DNA of 64,000 bases from Massalongia carnosa (GCA_965645245.1 OZ287074.1:1488001-1552000), one strand, 5' to 3'; shown: positions 13,462-26,043, numbered from the stretch's first letter. Made by a program: numbers and translations. Notes: generated by a model from the letters alone, not told the origin.

Positions 13462-15352
13462 ATCGTGCTAGACCACTTTCGGAATGCAGAGAGCACCCCT
13501 TAGTGCTTACCGGCTCAAAGACGCTACCGGTTCAAAGACGCATTTTCAACATTTTACACCTCAACTTCGACACGTCAACAATCAACAACATAATGGTCAA
13601 TTCATATTCAGCTATCGAGGATCGAGTTGACAGTGCAATTTACGCGTTACACGATGATTTGTATACTAATTGTCGAGCTGCAGCTACAGCTTTTGACGTT
13701 GCCCCTCGTACGGTTCAAAAACGATGGAATGGAGGCAACTCCAAAAGCAGTCGACCTAGTACCAACAAAGCTCTGACGGATAAGCAAGAACAAGCTGTTC
13801 GTGACTACATCGAGCAATTGGACAAGGCCAACATGTGTGCGCGACCCAAATTGATCGTGGGGGCTGCAAATTATCTGATTCGTTTTGAGAATCGTACTCT
13901 TGGTCATCAGTGGCTGAAGCGATTTCTTGATCGAAATCCCGAGCTTCATGTACGAAAACAGAAGCCTCTCGCAGTCGATCGAAAAAATAGTCACAACGTT
14001 AACGATATGGTTGAATATTTTAGCAAATTTGGAAGGGTGATAAGGGAAAAGGGAATAACGGAGCTGGATGTATGGAATATGGACGAAACAGGCTTTCGAA
14101 TTGGATGCGGACGAGCTCAAATAGTAATCACCTTGGACCCACGAAAGCCTCTTCATATGACTGATCCGGATAATCGTGACTACATTACTTCTGTAGAGTG
14201 TATCAGCTCGGCCGGTGACGTTATTCCACCATTACTTATTCTTTCGGGTATTCATATTCTTCATAAATGGTGTCAACACAACGATCTCGACGGAGAGACG
14301 TTGATTGGGACCAGCGAGACCGGCTATTCAAATGACGATTTAGCCATGGATTGGCTTCGTCATTTCATCGAGCATACACGGACTAAAAGACGTGGAGCTT
14401 GGCTACTTCTAGTCATCGACGGGTTTGGGTCTCATTCAACCATTCCGTTTTTGAAGCTGGACTGAAAATCAGATTGTTCTATTTCATCTTCCAGCACATT
14501 CTACTCATTTGACTCGGCCGTTAGATGTAGGTGTTTTTCAGCCATACAAACACTATCATGCTGAGGCCATTGATCATGCGATACGAATGGGAGACACGGA
14601 ACTTGGAAAATTGGAATTTTTAGCCGCATTCCAGGAATTTCGCAACAAGACATTCAAATCATCTACTATTCGTCATGCATTCAGGACCACCGGCATCGTC
14701 CCATTCAATCCGAACATGGTACTCGACGTCATTCGTCAGAAGCAAGCTGCAGCCTTGGAAATTATGAATGAACCCCGCACCCCGAGCCCCCACTTCTTCA
14801 ATCTCATGAGCGCATCCCTCGAGGCCCTGAATCAATCAGAAAATTCGGTCACAAATTGCAAAGGGCATTGACCGCGGCCGGGCCGATCGGTGGATGGATG
14901 AATAAAAAAACAGTGGACGGTTTTCAGAAATTTATTAGGGCCTCCATCACCTCCGCCAACACCCTAGATTTGACTACGCGGGACCTTCAGCAAGTGCAAA
15001 AAGCCACCACATCGCGTAAAAGTCGGGCCGCTCTCGGGGTCAGGTAGCTGCAAAGGGTGGAGCCATAAAAGTCAGTCAATTATGTTCAATTCGTCAAAAA
15101 AAAGAAGTAGAAAAGGCTAGACGAAAGGAACAAATGGAGGCTAATACTCATCAACTCAGTTAGACAACGTCCGATTTTTACTAGGGCAGGGCCCGTTAGT
15201 AGAACAGACTGAGCCGTAGATTTTGAACCCGAAATGAAGCTATTTGGACGTCTTTTCATAAAGGTCATTTTTTTAAATGTTGAGGTGTTGAAAAATGCGT
15301 CTTTGAGCCGGTAAGCACTGCTCTCTGCATTCCGAAAGTGGTCTAGCACGAT
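13462..15352 (+). mobile_element. pogo/Fot1-like transposon family A, decayed copy (frameshifted transposase, partly deleted right TIR)
   Basis: TIR atcgtgctagaccactttcggaatgcagagagca at both ends; TA flanks at 13460-61 and 15353-54; WNMDETGF, DGFGSH, PLDVGVF split over several frames; near-identical to 40257-42198. Confidence 0.95.
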
Positions 15353-15693
15353 TACCTTCCCCTTGACGGAATATTCTGTATTATTCGTGATTTTCAGGTT
15401 ATATAATTCTTCCGTAACCCCGTCATTCTACTTGCTCAGATCAACTTATAGGCAGTGGTAAGGTTTGCTAGACTTTTTTTTTGGTCGTCATACTAATGAC
15501 ATATATGTATAGAGTACGAAGTACTCTGCGGCTATCCGAAATCCAATTTCCTAAAATAATGCGGGTCAAGGCAATCAATACAAGGTAAAACACATGCCTT
15601 TGAAAGTACAGAAAACTAAGACAAGTACAAATTGCAGCTATAGCCCAAACTTATTGGCCCCTGCTGAACCCTGATGAACCGGATGGATGAGAT

Positions 15694-17316
15694 CTATAGA
15701 GTCCAATCTTCATACATCATCGGATGCTCCACCTTCGCACCTTGCATTTCTTGCTGAACACCAAGAAGACTTACTCGTCCAATGCTAGCTCCATCGCCAT
15801 GATCGGAGTCCACCTTGTAATCGTCGAGAAGAGCATGCAGGGCATCAACAACGTCTGACCTGTCTTCAATCATCAGAACAATAGCATCAAACCCTCCAGC
15901 CCCTGGCACCACACCACCAATCACACCCGGTATTTTGCAACAAGCGTCCAACAGATTAGTCTGCACCTCTGGCTCTATTGGCACACCGGCTTTGATCGAA
16001 ACTTCTCGTATCAGAGATCGGATGGTCAGGAAAATAGTGCGAAGATTCTCGTAATTCCGCAAAGATCTTACGGGTTCGTTTACCAGCCTTTGAAGTTCCT
16101 CTGCAAGGTCTTCGTTGCCTTTCTGTAGTGTTTTCCACAATAACGCAGCTTCACCCGAATTTTCTTTTTTCCATGAGAGTACTGTTCGGACCATCCCTAC
16201 TGTCTCTGAACCGCAGTCCACATCGCACATCACAAGCCTTAGGCCAGCAGGTACAACCGAACGACTCCTATCAATATTCATGTCCCATCGTCTCGATTGA
16301 TCGGTGTTCTCTACAAGCGACTGCAAGCGTGCTGAGAAGCCTTTCGTACCGATTTCGGAAAGTTCTTCTAGAACTGTTGATGAGAAGCGTCTGTAAATGC
16401 ATGAACCATATACAGCAGCAGCAACATCAAAACCAGACCCAATTTTCCCCTGGGCAGCACAATGCGCCGCTTGAGCTAGGTTGTGCACCCGAGCTTTGCC
16501 AGCTTCCAATTGCAGAGAAAGTGTGTCTTCTGACAGATAATAGGCCAACACGGCTGCGGTAAAGGCTGTTACTAATGCTGCAGATGAACCAAGACCTGTT
16601 TTATGAGCCTCATTCAAAGGTAAGTTGAAATCACGGAAACGCTGGTCTGTCGAAGATAGTAAACCTTGCGTAGACCCATTGTTAGAGTAATAATCTGAGT
16701 CGGCCAAGATAGTGATTAAGGCGGATCGAACGTTGTACTGGGCAAGGGCCCAAGCATATGTTAAAGCATAAGCTAGAGCAGTTTCCACGAATTTGTTTCG
16801 GGGCTGCGGCTCTGGAAGGTGGCTAAAGAAAATTAACGGATTTCAGTTGAGATTTCAAGCTGGGATTTTAGCAAGAAAACTTTAGGTTAACAATATGCTT
16901 TGCCATAGGGGCCTTATTCGTGACCAGTGTTCTTCATCGCATCCGAAGAACAGAGATAACAGTATACTACTGAAACAAGCCATGTATCATGGGACAGTCC
17001 TTCAAGATCCCATACACGCGCACACGCCGGGCCACTAGGTAATACAGTGAACTCACCTCTTAAGCTGAGTTACTTCAATGCCCCCTTGATCTTCAGTCTC
17101 ACGGCATTTATATCGCCATTCTGCATTCCTGAATTGAGGCGATCGTACAACGATCTCGGAAAGCATGACACCATCGCTTGTGGGCAAATCCTGCACAACA
17201 ACATGTATTCGAGCGTTGAGACCAAACACCAGGCCCGTATAGTCTCTATCCAAGACTAAATAGCCGCCGGCAAGAAGAACCTTTCCCGGCGCCGAGACAG
17301 CTACAGTAGAGCTCAT
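15694..17316 (-). CDS. ERG8: Phosphomevalonate kinase (intron 16823-17056)
   Basis: VAVSAPGKVLLAGGYLVLD, HKTGLGSSAAL, AHCAAQGKIGSGFDVAAAVYG, GGVVPGAGGFDA. Confidence 0.96.
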
Positions 17317-18317
17317 CCTGCGATACTCAAAACATCATAATGCCCATTCACGAACAATAACCAAGTATGGTTCACTAACGGACAAACTCTTAGATACTCA
17401 TTAACACAGCCGGCCTCGTCTTTACTGCAGGTCAATGTTCCCGAGCTTTACTATGAGTATAGAAATATCGATAGTTATGCGATTTGATCTTGATGCAGCA
17501 TGGGGGTCCTCCTGATCGATGAATGTGATCGGTGAATGTGACATGACATTGAGATGGTGGTGATGCCGTTGACAATGATAATTTTGCGGGCGCTAGTCTG
17601 CTACGGAATCACACTAGGCAAGACCACGATTTTAGTCCACGGGGCTGAATTTCTCACTCGTCACTTATCCAATGGCGTTGAATTCTTCTCTGTCTAACCC
17701 GAAAATTCTTCTTGCAAGAAAATTTCCCGGATGTTTTCTCGCATCAGTGTGCCATTTCGTTCAGGTAACAAACCAAAGCTATTGTTGCTGCCTTGTCGAA
17801 GTCCACGCATTCCCAGCTCCATGCGATTAATAATAAGTATCTTCCTACCTTCTTTTACCAATCGCCAATCGAGGTAAAGTCTAACTAGTCAGCTCCGGAA
17901 CTCGTCATCCATTTTACTCTCAGGGTTTCCTGACATTTTCCCCATTTTTCGTTTGCACCCACTCCTTACTCTGTATGCCTCAGAACGCTTGGATTTGTTT
18001 ATTTCCTGCGGAGCAACGCTCAATACCTAGGGTCTTACAGCCTACCGTACGATAGTCTCTCGTCATTGACATATACAAGAGGTCGACAACTGCTCGTTCA
18101 GTATCAGGCGCGTTGTTTGACGGCTAAAGGCCGTCAAATGAACCTACATTTCATTTTCCCGGTCTATTTGCAGTGAGTCAATCGGCAATTGCATTATCTC
18201 CTCATCCTCCACGGTTGCCTTTCACCTAGCCCCCCCGTTAAATCAATTGGTCTACTCGACACTGACAGAGCTCTAATTAGACTCGACTCTCCCACGTGAA
18301 GGGAAATTTCGTGCTAA

Positions 18318-21300
18318 ATGGTTTTCAAACCATTTACTCATCTTGCGCGTCAAAGTTTTGCCAAGACATTCACCCACGGCTATGCTCAGTCGGTTGTTGC
18401 TGCGACTCAGTCCTCCTATGCTTCGTCGACCACTCCTTTGGGTCCATTCGGCAACTATCACAGCAATAGGGTTGGAAACTTTGGCGCTGTACAGCTCCAT
18501 AGCGCTTTCCACAATGCATCGAACCCGGCTGGTGCTGCCAACAAAACAAACTCGACTACACACAGTGGCGATGTTAGCGATGCTGGTTTAGCGGCCTATT
18601 ACGAGGCGTGGCAAAACCAGCAGAAGCACGGAGAAGGAAACGGGTGGAAGCAGTTTCAATTTACGAAAAGAATTGGATGGAAACCCTCAGCGATCGTTAT
18701 CGACGGGAAGGGGAACGAGAAAGATGATACGGCCCTATCCTTGGGTGTTCAGCCGCATCGTGAAGGGTTAGATCGGGCTTACAGCACAAGCGCCGTGGAT
18801 GAAATCAAGAGGGTAGAAGACCGCATAACTGAAGTCTTTAGTGTTGCTAACCCCGACGAAACGGCTGCTAAAGGGGTCCGCCATTTCCAGCTGTCTGTAA
18901 CATCCAGAGAAGATGGGCAATCAAGTCACATATCGGATTTTGAACCTCAGACTATCAAACCCGAATTGGCAGATTTGGCGAAGTCTGATTCACCCTCTCC
19001 GGTTTCCATAACTAACACTTCAGCTGTCTCTGATGAATCCACTCGACCCAGCGATCCCGCAACATCTCCGATTACGCAAGATGCTGAATCTCAGGCTTTA
19101 TTAGATCACCTTGATAAGCTCAATAAAACGGAGCGGTTTGCAGAGATTCCTCCTGTTTTTGAGTCAATGCTAGCTAAGGGTTGTCTTCCGTCGATCAAAG
19201 CATATAATGCTCTACTTGCTGCCGCCGTCCATCTGCCAACAGCTAAACATCAGGTCGTTCCCAAGGCTCTTGATGTCTATTCGGATATGCTCCGACGGAA
19301 GCTGCTCCCCGACACAGATTTCTATACAACCCTTATCCAGCTTCTTTCTCGCCGAGCTCTCTATGTTTACGCGTCAAGAGAAACTCTGGATAAGCAGCGC
19401 TTGCGCTATGGGGGTCTGAGTGAAAGCGGGCAATTTTTGTTTCGATCCAGTGAAGCGGAGTACCATATTTTAGCGGAGGACGATGCGCTTACAAACGCGG
19501 TTAAGCTTTTCGATTCTTCTGTCAAAATGCATGCGTCTCGCATCTACTCATCTGAGACTTATCAGCTGCTCATTATAGCCTGCGCTACATATCATCGTGT
19601 GGAGGACATGATACGGGTATACTCTCACATGGAGAGGCACAGAGTTATACCAGTTGCCACAATTTTCCCTGCCATGATTAAAACATTGGGAATATCTGGT
19701 GACCTTAGCAGCGTTGTGGAGTGCTATAATGAATACAAGCGGCTGGCGATTGCCGATGATGCAGGCGAGGTGACTATGATTGACCGGAATGATACCGAGG
19801 TTTACACAGCCGTTGTCAAAGCTTATGCTTCTAACAACAATCTGAACGGAGGTCATAGGTTCCTTGCTAAGATTATTGAGTCCTTCGGCGCCGTCACGGA
19901 AAATCGAGAGGCGCGCTTGGCAAACGTTCAAGATTCAATTTATTTAAATGCTATCATTCAACAGCATCTTGATGAAGGCAAGATTCTTGCGGCTTTTAAA
20001 ACAGCAGATGAGCAAAGCTTGACGCCTTTCACTCGCAACCAAGCAATGATACGGATATGTGCTGCAGCCGCCGACCAAAACGACGTCGAATTAGCGGACA
20101 AATCGTATCTACACCTGACCTTGGCCCCTGCTGAAATCTCATTCGCTACATTGTCGATGCTGGCGCTTTACATCCGTAACGGGAATGTTGATCTTGCACG
20201 AAAGTACTGGGCAATTTTGAATGCTTCTTCCGAGTCCGCCGCCCTAGCCGTGGAGCCAGCTACTATGTACGCGATTGCCTTAATCGGCAGCGGCAATACC
20301 GACGAAGGTCTTGCGCAAGTTCGGCAAGCTTTCATGAACATTCGGACTTACCTAAGATCAAAGAATACGAGACCTGACGTTGCCGAGGAAATAGATGAGA
20401 GTATTGAGTTAATTGGAGCCTTTTTGGTAGACAAAGGAATAACACCTTCTCCGCAAGCCAGCATGGGTTTCCTTTGGGCAATGATTGAAAATGGTGGTCT
20501 CGTATCTCCTGTTGCAGAACAATTACTCGCAGGACTGGTTTCTGAAAATATCTCTAGCCTAAGTTGGCAAGATCTTACGCTCGCCCTCAAAATCGAAGCC
20601 GAGATTGTTGAAGAAGAACAAGAAATACAGAACAATGCACATTTAACCGGGTTCGCTTACATTTTGGAATCGGCCCTTGCCAGCGGCATTGTGTTGGATC
20701 AACGGGTCACTGAGCTTGTCGAGCGGGCTATGGTTAAGCTTTCGTCTCTGAGACCCGATCTCGTAGAGAAGTGGCAGCGTCATCAGCGTGCGGCCGCACG
20801 ACCGTCGTATGCCTTACCTCATTTCACACCAAAAGCTAGCCCCGCTGTTCTGATGACAAGCACATATGGTGATCCATCTGATCCATACGCAGCTACTACC
20901 GATAACAAAGGTTCAGCTGTCATTTCTGATCAATTGGACAATCACAGGGTGAGGGCTGCTGAAGGTCTTAACGAGGCCCTCCTAAGATTTCGGAATATGC
21001 GACGTGCTGGCCGACATCCGCGTTACATGGTTTATTCTAAACTTATTTCAGCTGCAGCGAAAGATGGTCGGTCCAATCTGATGTTTGATATACTGGGTAT
21101 GGCACGAAAAGACATTCCGTATTTGTCTCAGTATCCAATTGTCCGTCACGGTTGGTCTGCAATCTTAGATGCAATGGTAGGGGCATGCCTTACGGTGGGT
21201 AATCGCACAGCCGCTGCACAATTTCATCACGAGTTACTTGACATCGGAGCTGCTCCTACAGCCAATACTTTTGGTTTATACATTACTACTCTAAAAGATT

Positions 21301-22310
21301 CGACCAAAACTTTTGACGAGGCAACCGAGGCTGTCAAGATTTTCCACCGCGCCAAATCTGAGGGAGTAGACCCTTCGTCTTTCTTATACAACGCTCTAAT
21401 TGGCAAATTGGGGAAAGCCAGACGCATAGATGATTGCCTATATTACTTTGCCGAGATGCGCTCCTTGGGCATACGTCCTACGAGCGTTACCTATGGTACA
21501 ATCGTCAATGCTTTGTGCCGGGTAAGTGATGAACGATTTGCAGAAGAGTTGTTTGACGAAATGGAGTCCATTTCGAACTACAAGCCCAGGCCGGCTCCGT
21601 ATAACAGTCTCATGCAGTTTTTTCTCACCACCAAACGAGACAAGGGAAAAGTGTTAGCATATTATGAACGCATGCTTTCGAAGAATATCCAGCCAACAAT
21701 GCATACTTATAAGTTGCTGATAGATACATACGCCACCCTCGATCCAGTTGACCTAGTTGCTGCTGAGAATATTCTCGACACGATCCGTGCTTCGGGACAA
21801 AGGCCGGAAGCGGTCCACTATGCTTCACTTATTCATGCAAAGGGATGCGCCCTTCACGATATTGAAGGTGCGCGTCAGCTCTTTGACGAGGTCTTGGCAA
21901 AGGGAGAAGTTCGCCCACAAGCCTGCCTGTATCAAGCCCTCTTCGAGTCCCTGGTTGCAAATCATCGCGTAGCAGATTCGGAGAAGGTTCTTGATGATAT
22001 GTCTACAAAGAAGGTTGAGATGACTCCATACATTGCTAACACCTTAATTCATGGCTGGGCGATGGAAAAGAATATTGCCAAGTCTAAAGCTGTCTATGAT
22101 AGCGTAGGTATTGAAAAGAGAGAACCGAGCACATACGAGGCTATGACAAGAGCGTTTCTGGCCGTGGAAAATCATGATAGCGCCTTGGGAAGTGTGCAGG
22201 AAATGTTATCGCGAGGATACCCATCAGCTGTTGCAAACAAGATACTGGACTTGCTTGGTCATGGTATGGATCGAGCAAACAGTATGGTCCCCGTGCAGCT
22301 CAAGGCTTAG
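18318..22310 (+). CDS. Mitochondrial pentatricopeptide-repeat protein (1330 aa, intronless)
   Basis: Tandem 35-aa PPR motifs (FLYNALIGKLGK, VTYGTIVNALCR, APYNSLMQFF, HTYKLLIDTYA) and a basic, presequence-like N-terminus. Confidence 0.9.
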   Translation: MVFKPFTHLARQSFAKTFTHGYAQSVVAATQSSYASSTTPLGPFGNYHSNRVGNFGAVQLHSAFHNASNPAGAANKTNSTTHSGDVSDAGLAAYYEAWQNQQKHGEGNGWKQFQFTKRIGWKPSAIVIDGKGNEKDDTALSLGVQPHREGLDRAYSTSAVDEIKRVEDRITEVFSVANPDETAAKGVRHFQLSVTSREDGQSSHISDFEPQTIKPELADLAKSDSPSPVSITNTSAVSDESTRPSDPATSPITQDAESQALLDHLDKLNKTERFAEIPPVFESMLAKGCLPSIKAYNALLAAAVHLPTAKHQVVPKALDVYSDMLRRKLLPDTDFYTTLIQLLSRRALYVYASRETLDKQRLRYGGLSESGQFLFRSSEAEYHILAEDDALTNAVKLFDSSVKMHASRIYSSETYQLLIIACATYHRVEDMIRVYSHMERHRVIPVATIFPAMIKTLGISGDLSSVVECYNEYKRLAIADDAGEVTMIDRNDTEVYTAVVKAYASNNNLNGGHRFLAKIIESFGAVTENREARLANVQDSIYLNAIIQQHLDEGKILAAFKTADEQSLTPFTRNQAMIRICAAAADQNDVELADKSYLHLTLAPAEISFATLSMLALYIRNGNVDLARKYWAILNASSESAALAVEPATMYAIALIGSGNTDEGLAQVRQAFMNIRTYLRSKNTRPDVAEEIDESIELIGAFLVDKGITPSPQASMGFLWAMIENGGLVSPVAEQLLAGLVSENISSLSWQDLTLALKIEAEIVEEEQEIQNNAHLTGFAYILESALASGIVLDQRVTELVERAMVKLSSLRPDLVEKWQRHQRAAARPSYALPHFTPKASPAVLMTSTYGDPSDPYAATTDNKGSAVISDQLDNHRVRAAEGLNEALLRFRNMRRAGRHPRYMVYSKLISAAAKDGRSNLMFDILGMARKDIPYLSQYPIVRHGWSAILDAMVGACLTVGNRTAAAQFHHELLDIGAAPTANTFGLYITTLKDSTKTFDEATEAVKIFHRAKSEGVDPSSFLYNALIGKLGKARRIDDCLYYFAEMRSLGIRPTSVTYGTIVNALCRVSDERFAEELFDEMESISNYKPRPAPYNSLMQFFLTTKRDKGKVLAYYERMLSKNIQPTMHTYKLLIDTYATLDPVDLVAAENILDTIRASGQRPEAVHYASLIHAKGCALHDIEGARQLFDEVLAKGEVRPQACLYQALFESLVANHRVADSEKVLDDMSTKKVEMTPYIANTLIHGWAMEKNIAKSKAVYDSVGIEKREPSTYEAMTRAFLAVENHDSALGSVQEMLSRGYPSAVANKILDLLGHGMDRANSMVPVQLKA

Positions 22311-22920
22311 GATTTTCATTGTGATTATGTCCATGCTTCTATTTCGTTCAGCAGGTTCTTAGAACTTGGGAAACTTCTCGTCCTGTTAAATACCCAGCGC
22401 AAATATCAGTTGAAAATATCGCTACTGCTTTTTATTTATTTCAACGGTGGTTATATCGGGGTGCCATTTTCGGCGCGGCGTTATGGTGTTGTTAGGTCTG
22501 CTCCTGTACTACTACGGTTGAGCTGAGTCTAAAAGGAGGATCTGGAAAGGCGCAGCGAGAGTATGGCTGCTGGAGGACGATTTATGTATGATATCCGTGT
22601 TTTACGCCGCATCTCACCTCCAAAACTAGATTTAAAATTTCAGGATCTGGGCTAGCCCAAGACTTGAAAGCAAGAGGTCTAGTAATGCAAACAGTATGGC
22701 AATTTCACAACTGACACCGCTGTTCAACTCTTACTGTGTCCGCCTCTTTTCGACTACCGATTTACCTCACCGCCTTTAGGGACCTTGAGTAACCACCAAT
22801 TCCCACTATTCTACAAAGTACGATACCCACAGCCTCTAGAAATGTCGTGCAAACTCTAAGCGTTCCCAATCCTTTCTACTCCTGATGCGGTATTCCCCCC
22901 TACTACAGCTTTCCAAATCA

Positions 22921-23773
22921 ATGGCTACGAACAATCCGTCGAAACTCATCTGTACGTAAAGTCAACCCCCCCAAAACACATATATCCATATATACATACA
23001 TACGTACCACACACCCCCCGAAACAAGAACAATTTTTCCCTTGTAAAGCACTCTTTTCTCACCATGATGCCCTCGTTCCGTCTCCGTCAGCAGTCGCCCC
23101 CGCCGGCAAGCACGCCTCTCCGCAAGCGGACCAGTACACCAAAGGCTCGCTGGAGCGGCACCAGCTCGACGCCAACCCGTTCGCGCAGTTCCACGCGTGG
23201 TTCACGCACGCGCAATCGTCGGCGGTCCACCAGCCCGAAACCGTGTGCCTGTCCACGGCGGCGCTCCCGTCCGGCGTTGTGTCGTCGCGCTTCGTGTACC
23301 TGAAGGAACTCGACGCGCGGGGCTTCGTCGTCTACAGCAACTGGGGCACGAGCCGCAAGGCCGAGGACGTGCGGAGTAACCCGCAGGCCAGCCTGGCGTT
23401 TTGGTGGGCGGAGCTGGAGAGGCAGGTCAGGGTTGAGGGGACGGTGGAGAGGCTGAGTCAGGCGGAGAGCCAGACGTATTACAACCTGAGGGCAAGGGGG
23501 AGCCGGGTCGGGGCGTGGGCGAGCGAGCAAAGCACGGTTTTGGACCAAGGGGAGGGGGGGAAGGATGTGCTGGAGAGACGGGTAAGGGATGTAGAAAAGA
23601 GGTTTGAAGGGGTGGAGGAGATCCCCGTGCCGGAGTTTTGGGGCGGGTTGAGGGTGCTGCCTACTGTTTTGGAGTTCTGGCAGGGACGGGAAAGTCGATT
23701 GCACGATCGATTTAGGTACAAGAGGGACGAGGCCGAAGACGGGGGTTGGAAAATCGAGAGACTGAGCCCATAA
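22921..23773 (+). CDS. PDX3: Pyridoxamine 5'-phosphate oxidase (intron 22952-~23093, tandem CAGCAG acceptor)
   Basis: NPFAQFHAWF, SRFVYLKELD, RQVRVEG, RARGSRVGAWASEQS, EFWQGRESRLHDRF, WKIERLSP. Confidence 0.96.
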
Positions 23774-23957
23774 TGAGCCTAGCATGTGGCGAGATTCCAT
23801 ATATTCTGACGTTAAGCTTGCTAGAGCTCTTCCCCATTTAATCTGAAAAGAGAGCTATGATATCTTCGAATCGGCCGATCAAATCCCAGATCCTTTCTTA
23901 AAGCCATCCCAATACTCGTTGACAACTCTGCTTACACTTTATTCGTGGTTCAAAAGC

Positions 23958-25900
23958 TTACTTTATAATATAGGGGCTGGCACCTTTTCCAAATATTAAA
24001 TGGGGCTTCTTTTCCGCCACATGGAGAATCGTTTGGGCAAACATAGAATTAGCCCATGCAAACCAGCTCCCTGTTCCAGAGTCAGTACCGATATTGATAT
24101 GATTGATAAGGCTAATGCTTACGAGTAAAGTCCCCCCGAACGTGGTCCACGTTAACGCTCTCGTGAACCAAGCCCAGTAAGCTAGAATCCCGAACAGATC
24201 GTATGGCATCGATTATCTCTTCATCGTCATCGCTGGTCATTGCTTGAACAAGTCTGCTAATGGGCCATGCATACTGCAAGCCAACGTGCGGGCCACCAAT
24301 ACCTGTAAATTGACTACCCTTTAGGAAGTAAGGATTTCCAGCTTTCTCCAGAATCATTTTTCTTGTATTTTGATACGTCTTATCGTCCGCCTGGACGAAT
24401 CCAATGAGAGGGAGTGCCAATAGGGAAGGCAAATTAGCATCGTCCATAATAATGCTCGATCCGTAACCATCAACCTCATACGCAAACACATCTCCATATA
24501 CTTTGTGCCTAACCACGCCATGTTCCCAAATGCCTTTTTCTATAAGCTCAGCGCGTCGATGTAAATCCTCAGCTAGTTCGTTCTTCTTCGCAGACTTCAA
24601 GATCTTAGCCGTGCGCTTCAACTCAACAGCTATCATTGCGTTGGCAGGAATGAAAAACCCAAGAATTGTTGCATCATCGCTTGGCCGAAAGGCACTACGA
24701 ATAAGGCCTGTTCCATTATTCAGCGGGTTGCCGCCTCCGCTAAGACTCAAAGTCTCAGTTCCTATATTCGTTTTTCTTTTGAATGTGTACTCGTTTCTTT
24801 CCAATTTACCGGTTGAAGGATTAAAACTTGGTGCCGCTTGCTGATCTAGGACTTCTAGAAGGACTTCGAGAGCAGTGTACCATCGCGTAGTCAAGAACGC
24901 TTTTGAGCCCGTACTCTTATGAAATTGAGTTCCTAATGCAAGAAAATGAGCTAGAGAGTCGAGTTCGTATTTGCATTCAAATACGCGTGAAGGTTCGTAG
25001 ATCGGATGTACATCGTCAGATTGGCCATTACTTACTGCAGGTTCTTGGCTCGGAGGAGGCGGTTGAAAGGCATTGCAGTATGGCGATTCAATCACAAATT
25101 CTGCTTGAGTATTAATGGCACCAAGGATAAGCATTTCTAGCTTCTTTTCCTTATTTGCAAATGCTTGATACTGAGCCAACTGATTTGTAGAGTCTCTTAG
25201 CCATTCTGCATTGATGTCTCCCGTAACGATGAAGGACTGGGCGCCTCCCCACTCCCCTTCTGCATAGCCAGCCTTGTGTTTTGACTTTTTTATTGACCCG
25301 TCAACATGCCATTTTACTGTGGTATCCAAGGTGTTTGGGAAGGCATTTTCAAAAATCCGAGCGAGATCTTTGTCATCCATTCTTGAAGTAACATCTTCGA
25401 TTACCTTTTCTACCAACGGTGAGGTGAATGTTCGACAATGTGGAGAAGGCCGTTGATATGGTAGGGACAAGGGGCCTTCACTCAAGGGCCGACTGATACT
25501 TGCATCAGTCTTCTTCTTGGTCACGATGTGGATGTATTGAACCTTACTGCCGTATCAATGCGTAGTGCTTGTAGTTTGGACAAACACTCTTGTATCTTTG
25601 AGGATCAATGCTAGATCCTATAACTTTTTGAGCGCCAGCTTCTTGCATTCGCGGTGTAGATTTATCCCCCAAAGCCCCATGGATGCCATCCCATATAAGG
25701 TTCCCACCCAACCAAAGGAAATATATACTAAGCACAAACATGGTGATGACAATAATCCAAGCCAACAAACTTTGAACAAGGTCCTTATGAATCTTCGTAG
25801 CGTCTTTACCTCGCTGGGCGGGCGGCGATGAAGCAAGAGATTGTTGATCCCGAGATATCTGTGAAGATTCGTCGCTGGTCTTTACAGGCCTTTGGTACAT
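23958..25900 (-). CDS. Glycoside hydrolase family 125 (exo-alpha-1,6-mannosidase-like) with N-terminal transmembrane segment, 3 exons
   Basis: FENAFPNTLDTT, TGDINAEWLRDS, FECKYELDS, SAFRPSDDA, AYEVDG..MDDANLPSLL, WFAWANSMF. Confidence 0.92.
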
Positions 25901-26011
25901 TGGACCTCTCACAACCAACAGCCAACATGATTTAAAAATATAACAGCTTTGTCTTTTAGTGCCGCTCAACAAGAGAGGTTGGCCCTCCTAGACATAACAG
26001 CTTGAATGGCG

Positions 26012-26043
26012 CGGTTCAAGAGAATAACGGTTCAAGAGAATAA
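26012..26043. repeat. Perfect 16-bp tandem duplication (cggttcaagagaataa x2)
   Basis: Read directly; lies in the GH125-UBA1 divergent intergenic region. Confidence 0.85.

Noticed and set aside
13407..13591. N-terminal extensions of the transposase ORFs in the ORF track (also 40139-40387 and 13327-13440)
   Set aside because: They read through TIRs and flanking DNA from non-ATG or external starts; the first internal ATG is the plausible start.
12057..15420. Similar ~22-nt sequences (aggt.atataattct.cc.taa) either side of the Tc1-pogo pair as a composite-element boundary
   Set aside because: Imperfect, AT-rich and not adjacent to element ends; each element has its own TA duplication.
23087..23800. 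Long antisense ORFs over PDX3 (also over SHE9, the protease and the amidotransferase)
   Set aside because: Expected shadow ORFs of GC-rich coding sequence; no recognisable motifs, unlike the retrotransposon antisense ORF.
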